NCBI RefSeq assembly: GCF_963921235.1
Contig: NC_086097.1
Coordinates: 172,300,001-172,364,000 of the forward strand
DNA: 64,000 nt
Source of the DNA: Mobula hypostoma
Taxonomy: Eukaryota
Direction of reading: 5' to 3'
Part shown: piece by piece, positions 1-11,429 of the stretch
Layout of the letters: each line of letters opens with the position of its first letter
Position numbering within the stretch: position 1 is the first letter of the stretch
Program-made: the position numbers and the translations under genes
The notes under the pieces: generated by a model
What the model was told of the DNA's origin: nothing
Seen by the model: only the letters and a program-made list of their open reading frames with translations
The model's database searches: none

Positions 1-49
1 TACAGTTAGAAAATTGCCAGGCAAACCAGTACCAGTGCACATCCAATCC

Positions 50-235
50 AACATCCCCAACGTTGACACAGAGATTACATTCAATCATCTTCAGTGGGCA
101 GGCTGCATGGTGCTCACTCCTGCCCTGGGACTCCAGGTGCAAGTCCAACAAGTGATATCCACTAGGTCACAGATCTGATGCAAGGGTATTCTCAAAATCG
201 CCTTGAAAGGGTGTGAGCATCACCAGTTACCAGTC
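50..235 (+). mobile_element. Old RTE-clade LINE C-terminal remnant (continues at ~862-1072 after a Rex1 insertion)
   Basis: Manual translation from 50 gives NIPNVDTEITFNHLQWAGCMV and later KGILKIALKGC, resembling the RTE motifs IPSIE..QLRWAGH and KDTLKASLK.C; 862-1072 gives NINIDSW...STTC...PHIGL. Confidence 0.5.
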
Positions 236-249
236 CTTGTCCATCCGTG

Positions 250-857
250 TTAATGTCACAGTCAAGAAAGTTCTACTTCCTCAGGAGGCTAAAGAAGTTT
301 AGCATGACCCTGCCCAACTCTTACCAATTTTTATCAATGCATGATAATGCAATGCAAGGATTCTGTCTCGTGCATTGGTATGGCAACTGCTCTGCACGTG
401 CCAGCAAGAAACTGCAGAGACTAGGGGACACAGGTCAGCATATTACAAGAACCAACCTCCCCTCTGTGGACTCTGTCTAAGCTTCCCACTGCCTCACTAA
501 AGCGGCCAGCAAAGTCCCCATCTAACCCAAACATTAACTCTTCTTTCCTCTTCATTTGAGCAGAAGATATGAAAGCCTGAAAGCTCAAGAATAGCTGCTA
601 TCCCATCGTTATCAGACTCTTCAACAGACCTGCTGTATAATAAGATGGACTCTTGGCCTCACAGTCCACCTCGTTATGATCTTGCACTTTATTGTTTACC
701 TGCAGGACGCTTTTTCGGTAGCTTTTACGTTTTATTCTGCACTGTTATTGTTTTACCTTATTCTAGCTCAATGAACTGTGTAATGATTTGATCTGTATAA
801 CAGTATGCAATTCAAGCTTTTCACTCTCTCTTGGTACATGTGACAATGATAAACCAA
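250..857 (+). mobile_element. Rex1/Babar LINE 3' fragment with 3' UTR
   Basis: ORF 247..480 has FYFLRRLKKF...WYGNCSA..KKLQR; AT-rich 3' UTR ending tgacaatgataaacca. Confidence 0.8.
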
Positions 858-1121
858 AGGTAAAACATTAACATCGACTCATGGGATTCACCGGAAACAA
901 CACTCAAACTGAAGCATTGAGAGTGCTGCTGAGCATTTCATCTCACTGACAGAAGGCGACAAAGCAGAAACAGCAGAAGGAGGCAGCAGAAATTTAAAGC
1001 ATCCTCCTGAATGTTTTGTCAAGCACCACCTGCCTCATCCCTGGCACAGTTGGATACCTCACATTAGGTCTGCATACATTGCTAGACATTAGGTCTTAAA
1101 CTGCATACATTTCTAGACTCT

Positions 1122-1595
1122 GTCAGATTTCCACAGATGTACCATGGGGAGCTTTCTAACTGATTGCATCACCATCTGGTATGGAGGGGGCCACTGCGCA
1201 GGATCAGAAAAAGCTGCAGAAAGCTGCAAACTCAGCCACCTCCATCACGGGCACTGCCTTCCTCAACATTGACAACATCTTCAAAGGAGATGCCTCAAAA
1301 AAGAAGCATCATCCAGGACATACCCTCTTCTCATTGCTATCATCAAGGAGAAGGTACAGGAGCATGAAGTCTTCACTCAATGTTTTATAAACAGCTTATT
1401 CCCCACCACCATCAGACTTCGGAATGGATAATGAACCTATGTACACTATCTCACTAATTTTTCCCTCTTTTTGCACTAATAAATATATATAACTTACTGT
1501 GACTTATAGCTTTTTTTATATTATGTATTGCACTGCCTTTGCCACAAAACAAATTTCACAACATATGCCAATGATATTAAATGTGATTCTGATTC
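1122..1595 (+). mobile_element. Rex1/Babar LINE 3' fragment
   Basis: ATAQDQKKLQK...HPGHTLFSLLSSRRRYRS; ends in attctgattc tail. Confidence 0.8.
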
Positions 1596-2104
1596 ATATT
1601 GGTCACTTTAGGACCTGCATCGCCCCACAAGTCAGCCTCATTGCTGAAGCATATATTGCCCAGATTGGACACAATACTGCAACTAGGGTCAGACCAGTGA
1701 ATCATTTTGAAAGGCTTTGCAACTTTCACCTCATTGTATACGTTTTCAAATATATGTTTGTTTATATTCATTATTTGGTCCTCACTGAGAAGATCAGTAT
1801 TACTTCCTGTCCTTATTTGTCGTTGAGACTGTAATGGCATTCTTACTGGCTTGTTGCTATTGGTTCATTATTGTCACATGCAGCAAGATCCAGTGAAGAA
1901 CTTGTTTTCTGTGCCATCCAGACAGAAAAAAAGAAAACAGAACACCGTTACAGTTGCAGAGAAAGAGCAGTGCTGTCTTGAACCTTTGTAAGAAACTCCC
2001 AGAGTGTGGTTGGCTGGAGTGTTCCAGGATTTAGATTGAATGAAGATAAGGACAAATTATGCACTAAGTTATGTAGGTGTAGGTGTGAAGGGTTAACACT
2101 ATCT

Positions 2105-2990
2105 TTCACTGCTGCAGTCAGAGGTTCCCACCTGCTTCAAATGGGTGACCCAAGAAGAGTAGGGTGAACTGCCTCATCAACTATCACCCAGTTGCACTCA
2201 CATCTATTGCAATGAAGTGCTTTGAAAGGTTGGTCATGGCCAGAATCAACTTTTGCCTTAGCAAGGACCTGGACTCTCAGAAATCTGTGCATTGCCACAA
2301 TAAGTATGCAATCTTACTGGCCCTACACTCAACCTCGGCTCACCTGGATAATAGCAATACTTATGGCAGACTGCTGTTTATCAATTACGGTTCAGCGTTC
2401 AACACAATCACACCCCCAGTTCTAATCAACAATATCCAAAACCTGGGCTTCTATACCTCCCTCTGCAACGGGATTTTTGACTTCCTAATCAGGATTCCAC
2501 TGTCAGTATGGATCAGAAATAATATCACTTCCTCAGTGACAGTCAATACTGGTGGACCTCAAAGATGCATGCATAACTAATGGCTCAACTCTCTCTACAC
2601 CCACAACTGTGTGGCTAGGCACAGCTCAAAAGCAATCTATAAATTTGCCAACAACATGACTATTATTGGCAGAATTTCAGATGCTGACAAAGTGGCGTAC
2701 AGGAGTAAGATAGATCCACTAGCTGAGTGGTGTTGCAACAACAACCTTGCACAATACAGTGAGGTCAAGGAATTGATTGTGGACTTTAAGAAGAGGAAGT
2801 CAAGAGAGCACACGTTTATCCTCATTGAGGAATCAGCAGTGGAAAGGATTGCCAATTTCAAATTCCTGAGTTCAACATTTCTGAGGATCTATCCTGGGCC
2901 CAACATATTGATGGAATTATGAAGAACTCAGGACAGCAGCTATATTTTGTTTGGCCTTTGAGGAGACTTGGTATGTCACCAAACACAACC
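2105..2990 (+). mobile_element. Rex1/Babar LINE RT fragment (degenerate)
   Basis: [43 protein letters not shown] (decayed FADD). Confidence 0.85.
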
Positions 2991-2994
2991 CAAG

Positions 2995-4940
2995 TCCAAT
3001 AGCAGTTACATCTACAGTGATGCAGTGTTTTGAGAGGTTGGTGATAAACCATATCTGCCTGAGAGACGACTTGGATTGGTTATGATTTGCTTACTGGCAC
3101 AACAGGTCCATAACAGATGCCATTTAGTCATAGTCATACTTTATTGATCCCGGAGAAAATTGGTTTTCATTACAGTTGCACCATAAATAATTAAATAGTA
3201 ATAAAACCATAAATAATTAAATAGTAATATGTAAATTATGCCAGGAAATAAGACCAGGACCAGCCTATTGGCTCAGGGTGTCTGACCCTCCAAGGGAGGA
3301 GTTGTAAAGTTTGATGGCCACAGGCAGGAATGACTTCCTATGACACTCTGTGCTGCATCTCAGTGGAATGAGTCTCTGGCTGAATGTACTCCTGTGCCCA
3401 CCCAGTACATTATGTAGTGGATGGGAGACATTGTCCAAGATGGCATGCAACTTGGACAGCATCCTCTTTTCAGACACCACTGTCAGAGAGTCCAGTTCCA
3501 TCCCCACAACATCACTGGCCTTACGAATGAGTTTGTTGATTCTGTTGGTGTCTGCTACCCTCAGCCTGCTGCCCCAGCACACAACAGCAAACATGATAGC
3601 ACTGGCCACCACAGACTCGTAGAACATCCTCAGCATCGTCCGGCAGATGTTAAAGGACCTCACTGGCTCTTCACTCAACCCCAGAGCATCTGGGCATCAA
3701 AGGTGTATACATCAGGATGCACTTTATCAACTACAGCTCAGCAGTCGATACCATCATCCCTTCAGAACTAATCAATAAGCTGCAAGACCTTGGCCTCAGT
3801 ACCTTCTTATGCACTGGATCCTAGATTTCCTCACTTGCAGACCTCAGTCACTTCAGTTTGGCAACATCTCCTCCATGATCTCCATCTGTACAAGTGCAAC
3901 ACAAGGCTGTGTGCCTAGCCCCCTGCGATGTGGCTAAGCATAGTTCCAATGACATATTTAAGTTTGCTGACAACACCACTGTCACAGGCCAAATCAAAGA
4001 GGTGAGGATCAGCATATAGGAGGGTGATTGAAAAACTGGTTGAGTGGTGCAATGACAACCAATTCTTACTTAATGTCAGCAACACCAAGGAGCTGATTAT
4101 TGACCTCAGGGGGAGGAAACTAGAGGTTCTTGAGCCAGTCCTCATCGGGGGATCAGAGGTGGAGATGAACAGTAGTTTTAAATACCTCAGTGTATCATTT
4201 CAAAGGATCTGCCCTGGGACCAGCACGAATTACAAAGAAAGCACAGCAGTGCTTCTACTTCCTTAGAAGTCTGCAATGACTCAATATGACGTCTAAAACT
4301 TTGATAAACTTCTACAGGTATGAGGTGGGGTGGGGGGAGGTATATTGATTGGCTGCATCACAGCCTGGTATGGAAACACCAATGCCTCTGAATGGGAAAT
4401 CCTCCAGCAAGTAGTGGTTATGGTGCAGTCCATCATACGTAAAGCCCTCCCCACCATTGAGCACATCTAGATGGATTGTGGTCACAGGAAAGCAGCATGC
4501 ATCATCAGAGAACCTCATAACCCAGGTCATGTTCTCTTCTCACTGTTGCCATCTAGAAGACTTTACAGGAGCCTCAGGACTCACACCACCAGGTTGAGGA
4601 GCAGTTATTACCCCTCAACCATCAGGCTCTTGAACAAGAGGGGATAACTTCACTCACCCCATCACTGAACTATTCTCACAACGTGTGGATTCACTTTCAA
4701 GGACTCTTCATCTCATGTTCTTGATATTTATTGTTTATTTATTTATTATTATTAGCTTTTTTTTTCTTTTCTGTATTGGCACAGTTTGTTTTCAACACAC
4801 TGGTTGTACACCCTGCTGATGCAGTCTTTCATTGATTCTATTCTGATTATTGGATTTATTGAGCATGTCCACAAGGAAATGAATCTCAAGGTTGTATATG
4901 TTGATATTACTGTACTTAGATAATAAATTTACTTTGAAGA
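2995..4940 (+). mobile_element. Rex1/Babar LINE RT to 3' UTR, split by an antisense Rex1 insertion at 3126-3660
   Basis: cagatgccattt (3114-3125) rejoins cactggctcttcactc (3661); EWCNDN..LNVSNTKELIID motif; tail taataaatttactttgaa. Confidence 0.8.
3126..3660 (-). mobile_element. 5'-truncated Rex1 LINE of a second lineage, reading frame intact
   Basis: ORF 3265..3678(-): FYESVVASAIMFAVVCWG...NKLIRKA...SHPLH...RKSFLPVAIKLYN; 3' tail caataaagtatgactatgact on the minus strand. Confidence 0.85.
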
Positions 4941-5392
4941 CTCTCGCCACTTTACTGTGGAGAACATTCCAACTGGTTGCCTTACCATCTGGTATGAAGG
5001 AGAACTACTCAGGATCAGAAAAAGCTGCAGGAAGTTGTAAACTCAGCCAAATCCATCATTGTCTCTGGGCTGCCCTGCATCGAGGACATCTTCAAAAGGC
5101 GATCCCTGAAGAAGGCGGCAGCCATCATGAAGGACACCCATCACGAAGGATATGCCGCCTTCTCATTGCCAACATCAAGGTGGTGGTATAGGAGCCTGAA
5201 GACATATATTCAATGTTTCAGGAATAGGTTCTTCCCCATCTCTATCAGATTTCTGAATGGACAATGAACCCACCTACACTACCACACTATATTTTTTATG
5301 TTTTTGCACTATTTGTTGGATTTATTTTTATATATATTTCATATTGTAATTTATAGTTTTTTATTGTTATATTATGTATTGCAATACACTGT
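4940..5392 (+). mobile_element. Rex1/Babar 3' fragment; its 3' UTR resumes at ~8235-8292
   Basis: Same 3' UTR as the copy at 1400-1595: ...gcaatacactgtt is continued by acaacaaatttcacaaca...ctgattctgat after the L2/Penelope insertions. Confidence 0.75.
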
Positions 5393-5486
5393 TAAGTCAA
5401 ATTTATTTATATAGCACATTTTAAAACAACCCACTTTGACCAAAGTGCAACAGGAATTCTGCAAATGCTGGAAATTCAAGCAACAC

Positions 5487-7312
5487 TCCATCCGCACTAA
5501 TCCTAACTTTACTATTAAACCCACCGATAAGGGAGGTGCTGTTGTAGTCTGGCGTACTGACCTTTACCTTGCCGAGGCACAGCAACAACTCGCGGATACC
5601 TCCTCTTATTTACCCCTCGATCGTGACCCCACTAAGGAGCACCAGGCCATTGTCTCCCACACCATCACTGACTTTATCCGCTCAGGGGATCTCCCATCCA
5701 CTGCTACCAACGTTATAGTTCCCACACCCCGCACTTCCTGTTTCTACCTCCTACCCAAGATCCACAAACCTGCCTGTCCTGGCAGACCCATTGTCTCAGC
5801 TTGCTCCTGCCCCACCGAACTCGTTTCTGCATACCTTGACACGGTTTTATCCCCCCCTTGTTCAATTCCTTCCTACCTATGTTCGTGACACTTCTCACGC
5901 TCTTAAACTTTGCGATGATTTTAAGTTCCCTGGCCCCCACCGCTTTATTTTCACCATGGATGTCCAGTCCCTATATACTTCCGTCCCCCATCAGGAAGGT
6001 CTCAAAGCTCTCCGCTTCTTTTTGGATTCCAGACCTAATCAGTTCCCCTCTACCACCACTCCGTTCCATCTAGCGGAATTAGTCCTTACGCTTAATAATT
6101 TCTCCTTTGGCTCCTCCCACTCCCTCCAAACTAAAGATGTAGCTATGGGCACCCGTATGGGTCCTAGCTATGCCTGCTTTTTTGTTGGTTTTGTGGAACA
6201 ATCTATGTTCCGTACCTATTCTGGTATCTGTCCCCCACTTTTCCTTCGCTACATCGATGACTGCATTGGCGCTGCTTCCTATACACATGCAGAGTTCGTT
6301 GACCTTATTAACTTTGCCTCCAACTTTCACCCTGCCCTCAAGTTTACCTGGTCCATTTCCGACACCTCCCTCCCCCTTCTAGATCTTTCTGTCTCTATCT
6401 CTGGAGACAGCTTATCCACTGATGTCTACTATAAGCCTACTGACTCTCACAGCTATCTGGACTATTCCTCTTCTCACCCTGTCTCTTGCAAAAATGCCAT
6501 CCCCTTCTCGCAATTCCTTCGTCTCCGCCGCATCTGCTCTCAGGATGAGGCTTTTCATTCCAGGACAAGGGAGATGTCCTTTTTTAGAGAAAGGGGCTTC
6601 CCTTCCTCCACCATTAACTCTGCTCTCAAACGCATCTCCCCCATTTCACGCACGTCTGCTCTCACTCCATTCTCCCGCCACCCCACTAGGAATAGGGTTC
6701 CCCTTGTCCTCACCTACCACCCCACCAGCCTCCGGGTCCAAAATATTATTCTCCGTAACTTCCACCACCTCCAACGGGATCCCACCACTAAGCACATCTT
6801 TCCTCCCCCCCCCCGCTTTCCGCAGGGATAGCTCCCTACGCGACTCCCTTGTCCATTCGCCCCCCCCCCCCATCCCTCCCCACTGATCTTCCTCCTGGCA
6901 CTTATCCTTGTAAGCGGAACAAGTGCTACACATGCCCTTACACTTCCTCCCTTACCAGCATTCAGGGCCCCAGACAGTCCTTCCAGGTGAGGCGACACTT
7001 CACCTGTGAGTCGGCTGGGGTGATATACTGCGTCCAGTGCTCCTGATGTGGCCTTCTATATATTGGCGAGACCCGACGCAGACTGGGAGACTCCTTTGCT
7101 GAACACCTACGCTCTGTCTGCCAGAGAAAACAGGATCTCCCAGTGGCCACACATTTTAATTCCACATCCCATTCCCATTCTGATATGTCTATCCACGGCC
7201 TCCTCTACTGTAAAGATGAAGCCACACTCAGGTTGGAGGAACAACACCTTATATTCCGTCTGGGTAGCCTCCAACCTGATGGCATGAACATTGACTTCTC
7301 TAACTTCTGCTA
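5487..7312 (+). pseudogene. Penelope-like RT + GIY-YIG endonuclease ORF (frameshifts at poly-C tracts, stop at 7044-7046)
   Basis: IKPTDKGGAVVV, FYLLPKIHK...GRPIVS, TMDVQSLYTS, AMGTRMGPSYA, LRYIDD, YYKPTDSHSYL; linker CKRNKCYTC; GVIYC..C..CGLLYIGET. Confidence 0.9.
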
Positions 7313-7601
7313 ATGCCCCACCTCCCCTTCGTACCCCATCCGTTATTTATTTTTATACACACATTCTTTCTCTCACTCTCCTTTTTCTCCCTCTGTCCCT
7401 CTGACTATACCCCTTGCCCATCCTCTGGGTTTCCCCCCCACTTGTCTTTCTCCCTGGGCCTCCTGTCCCATGATCCTCTCATATCCCCTTTTGCCAATCA
7501 CCTGTCCAGCTCTTGGCTCCATCCCTCCCCCTCCTGTCTTCTCCTATCATTTTGTATCTCCCCCTCCCCCTCTCAAATCTCTTACTAACTCTTCCTTCAG
7601 T

Positions 7602-7639
7602 TAGTCCTGACGAAGGGTCTCGGCCTGAAATGTCAACTG
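7602..7639 (+). ncRNA. Minimal type I hammerhead ribozyme motif in the Penelope pseudo-LTR (CpG-decayed)
   Basis: tagtc-CTGACGA-a-gggtctcggcct-GAAA-tgtc-aactg; the undecayed 3' half gaaacgtcgactg occurs at 51168-51180, giving stem I agtc/gact and palindromic stem III acgt. Confidence 0.75.
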
Positions 7640-8589
7640 TACCTCTTCCTAGAGATGCTGCCTGGCCTGCTGCGTTCACCAGCAACTTTGATGTGTGTTG
7701 ACCAAAGTGCTGTACAGATCAGAGCAGATAGCTAAAATCACAAATACAAGAAACACAGACATGACCAATAAGGCAAACAGCTTATAGGCACAAAAGAAGC
7801 AACACAAGGGCCAAGGCACAAGCCAAAAATCAACCACATCAGGAGGATTCAAATGCTAGTGAATAAAAGTAAGATTTGAGCCTGGATTTAAGAGTTGATG
7901 GAGGGGGCAGATCTGATAGGGAGGGGAATGCTGTTTCACAGTCTAGGGGCCACAATAGCAAAGGCGTGGTCACCCCTGAGTTTAAGTTTAGATCGTGGGA
8001 CAGCCAGGAGCCCCAAGTCAGCCGACCTGAGGGACCTGGAAGTAAAATAAGGGATTAGAAGGTCTGTGATATAAGGGGGAACCAGCCCATTTAGGGCTTT
8101 ATAAACAAACAGGAGAATCTTAAAATCAATTCTAAACCGTACTGGCAGCCAGTGGAAGGAGGCCAGGATAGGAGTAATATGGTCCCTCTTCCGGACGCCT
8201 GTCAGGAGTCTGGCTGCGGCATTCTGGATCAGTTTACACACAACAACAAATTTCACAACACTCACCAGGGATATTAGAGCTGATTCTGATCTGCTGGTCA
8301 AAAGCTGCTGCTGCCTTGTTTCAAGAACACTGAGCCCTTCCACTGGCTGCTTTTGGCACCAGGGTACCAGTTTCCGACATCAAAGTAGCACTAGCATATG
8401 TGGAGTTCTTCTGTCTTCCACTCAGGGGAAATCACCAACAGACTGGGGGGTTGTGACTGGTGCTGCGTCTATCATATAGAGAGCCCCTGTACACACTTGG
8501 GTAAGTATCTGTGTAATTTATATGTTTTAATGTTTGTTAATAAATAGTCTGTCTCTTTTTCCGAATATATAAATCTGTTCACATGCAGG

Positions 8590-8930
8590 TGCATGATTCG
8601 GAGGGAACCGGCGAGGATGGGGTTCCCCTGCACATGCTATCTCTGGTAAGAGATGCAGATCATAGGTTTAGGAGGAGATGGGTAATCCCTGGGTGAGTAA
8701 TTGCAGTGCATTTTGTAGATGTCAGATGCTGCACTCGTTACGTACTGGTGGTGGAGAGAATGATTGTTTAAAGTGGTTGCTGTCAGTGGGTTGTCTTGTT
8801 TTAACTGGTGTCAAGATTCCTGGGGGTTGATGACACTGCACTGCTCCAGGTAAGTAGGAAGCTTTCTGCCTTATCACTTTTGGATTGGCAAAAGTCCTTG
8901 GTTGTCAAGAGGTGAGTACTTGCCGCAGAA
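8590..8930 (-). mobile_element. Ancient CR1/Jockey-group LINE C-terminal remnant
   Basis: Degenerate similarity to a shark LINE 3' coding region (ttgcagtgcattttgtagatg; gaggtgagtacttgccgcag), recognised from memory. Confidence 0.45.
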
Positions 8931-9692
8931 ACTTTTTTGCATCTTTGTCCTTATTGGCAGAAATCTTATTTTGAGACATGTCCCCTGGCCCTAACCACTC
9001 CAGCCACGGGAAATTTCAGCTCCCCATGTATCTTGACAGTCCTTCCCCCAATCCCCAGGCAATTTTCTGACGTTGAAGTCACCTTTTATTTTTCTGACAT
9101 TGAAAGTATTGGTCCAGACTTTTTATCTCCCTTTATAGGACTAACCAGGGATTAATAGAAAGAATTTTAAAGATACTGTAAATAAAAATGAAACTTTGCT
9201 TCACTCCCTCAATAACAAGAACCTTTTTCCTTGGGGTGGGGATAGTATTCTAGATATGATCTCAGCACCACCCTATAAAATTGGAGAGAAACAATTTCCC
9301 CATTTTATTCAATTCCTCTTGCAAACAAAGACACCATTCCACATTTCAGAAATTGGTATTGTGTTGTCTCGGAATTATAGTTTTGAAGGCAGGACTGTAT
9401 TCAATGAACAATAGCCTAACATTAAGCTTACTTTTCACTTTCACAGCTAAATCATTGCTGTTCAACTACCAGTATCAGAATAGAAATGCTATATTTTTCT
9501 TAATTTAGCAATCCTTCCTGATATTTACAAATTACTCTCTGGTTTAGTATTCACCAATGACACAGTGTTCTTGCATCTTTCTCATTCATCATCCTCTTAC
9601 CATATAGTTATGATCAATTATTAATTGTAAATCTCCAAAGCTTTAGTTTCTTTGGCTCAGTGTCCAAGTCCCAGGTTCAGCAGTCTGGTACC

Positions 9693-10937
9693 TTAACTAA
9701 CAAGAGAAAATCTGCAGATGCTGGAAATCCAAGCAACCCATGCAAAATGCTGGAGGAACTCAGCTGGCCCGGAAAAAAGTACAGTTAACATTTCAGGCTG
9801 AGACCCTCCGGCAGGACTGGAGAAAAAAAATAAGAGGAGTAGATTTAAAAGGTGGGGAAGGGGAGAGACAAACACAAAGTGATAGGAGAAACCACGAGGC
9901 AGAGGGGTGAAGTAAAGAGCTGGGAAGTTGATTGGTGAAAGATACAGGGCTGGAGAAGGAAGGCTCTGACAGGAGAGGACACAAGGCCATGGAAGAAAGA
10001 AAGGGGGAGGAGCACCAGAGGGAGGCAATGGGCGGGCAAGGAGATAAGGGGGGAGGAGGGGAGGCGAGGCCATTACTGGAAATTCGAGTCACCTCACCTG
10101 GAAGGATTGTCAGAATCCCACCACCACCAAGCACACCTTTCCCTCCACCCACCTTCTGTTTTCCACAGGGATCACTCCCTAAGCAATTCCCTTGTCCATT
10201 CGTCCTTCTCCACTGATTTCCCTCCTGACACTTATCCTTGCAAGCGGAACAAGTGCCATATCTGTCCCAACACCACCTCCCTCACTACCACTCATGGCCC
10301 CAGACAGTCCTTCCAGATGAGATGACACTTTTCCTGTAAGTGTGTTGGGGTTATCTACTGTGTCTAGTGCTCCCAGTGTGGCCTCCTGTTTATCAGGGAG
10401 ACCCAACGTGGATTGGGAGAATACTTCACCGAGCATCTACATTCCATCCTCCAAGAAGCAGGATCTCCCAGTGGCCACCCATTTTAATTCCTTTTCCCGT
10501 TCCAATCAATGGCCTCCTCTGTGTCGCGATGAGGCCACACTCAGGTTGGAAGAACAATACCTCCAACCACGGCATGAACATCGATTTCTCAAACTTCTGG
10601 TAATGTCCGCCAACCCGCCACCTCCTTCTCCCCTTCACCATTCCCCATCCCCTTTTCCCTCATACCTTATCTCCTCCCTCTGGTGCTCCCCCTTCCCCCT
10701 TTCTTTCTTCTATGGCTTTCCGTCCTCTCCTGTCAGACTCCCCCTTCTCCAGCCCTGTATCTCTTTTACCAATCAACTTTTCAGCTCTTTAATTCATCCC
10801 TCCCCCTCCCAGTTTGACCTTTCACTGTGTGTTTCTCGCTCCCCTCCCCCACCTTTTAACTCCATACATCATCTTTTCTTCTCCAGTCCTGCTGAAGGGT
10901 CTTGGCCCGACTGCATTTTTTTCCGTAGATGCTTCCT
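9693..10937. mobile_element. Penelope-like element with inverted pseudo-LTR arrangement (minus 9693-10085, plus ~10090-10937)
   Basis: YPCKRNKCHICP linker and GIY-YIG remnant on +; pseudo-LTR copies with degenerate hammerhead motifs at 9781-9820 (-) and 10883-10912 (+). Confidence 0.85.
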
Positions 10938-11429
10938 GGTACATTAATTGTTGTCTCTTTCGACAAGCAGAATATTTCCAGCATTTGTCTGTCCTTACCA
11001 CAGACCAAGTCATTGCTAAATATTCTCGTATTTGGTCTCTGTCAGATACAATCAGCATGACACATTTCCACAAATTCTCTTCAATTCTTCTCATATGTTC
11101 TGGAGCACAATGTGAGTCCAGTGAATAGTGAATTTCAGATCATTTCAATTTGGTATTCTGATCATTGTGGATTCAATAGAGATGATTGGATTACAGTGTA
11201 ACTGAATATCTGCATTCATTGTTTGCTTCTTAATGGGCAGCTAGCTCCCACTGCCTCTGATTTTGAACAGGCCTGTCATAATGTTTCAAGCTGATTGTCC
11301 TCCATTGCTGGGAGAATGCAGCATGGGCAACTGCCAGTCTTCCTTACAACCTTGCCCAGGCCTGCACCCTGGAAACCTTCCAAGGCACAAATCCATGGTC
11401 TCATGAGACTGACGGATGCCTATGAATGA

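Larger units (their letters stand above)
5449..7697 (+). mobile_element. Penelope-like retroelement, 5'-truncated, with inverted terminal tail and TSD
   Basis: TSD ttgaccaaagtgc at 5436-5448 and 7698-7710; RT and GIY-YIG coding; pseudo-LTR with hammerhead motif; 5449-5486 is the reverse complement of the element 3' tail. Confidence 0.92.
5393..8232 (-). mobile_element. L2 LINE 3' fragment (5393-5448 plus 7698-8232), interrupted by a Penelope-like element
   Basis: IQNAAARLLTG..KRDHITPILASFHWLPVRFRIDFKILLFVYKALNGL.P.YI.DLL..Y...RSLRS; L2-type 3' end gtgctatataaataaa on the minus strand. Confidence 0.9.

Noticed and set aside
3180..3230. 26-bp tandem duplication; similar stutter at 1062-1118
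   Set aside because: Ordinary slippage within or next to element 3' UTRs
11046..11110. AG...GTGAGT-bounded possible exon
   Set aside because: Weak acceptor, length not a multiple of 3, unrecognisable peptide
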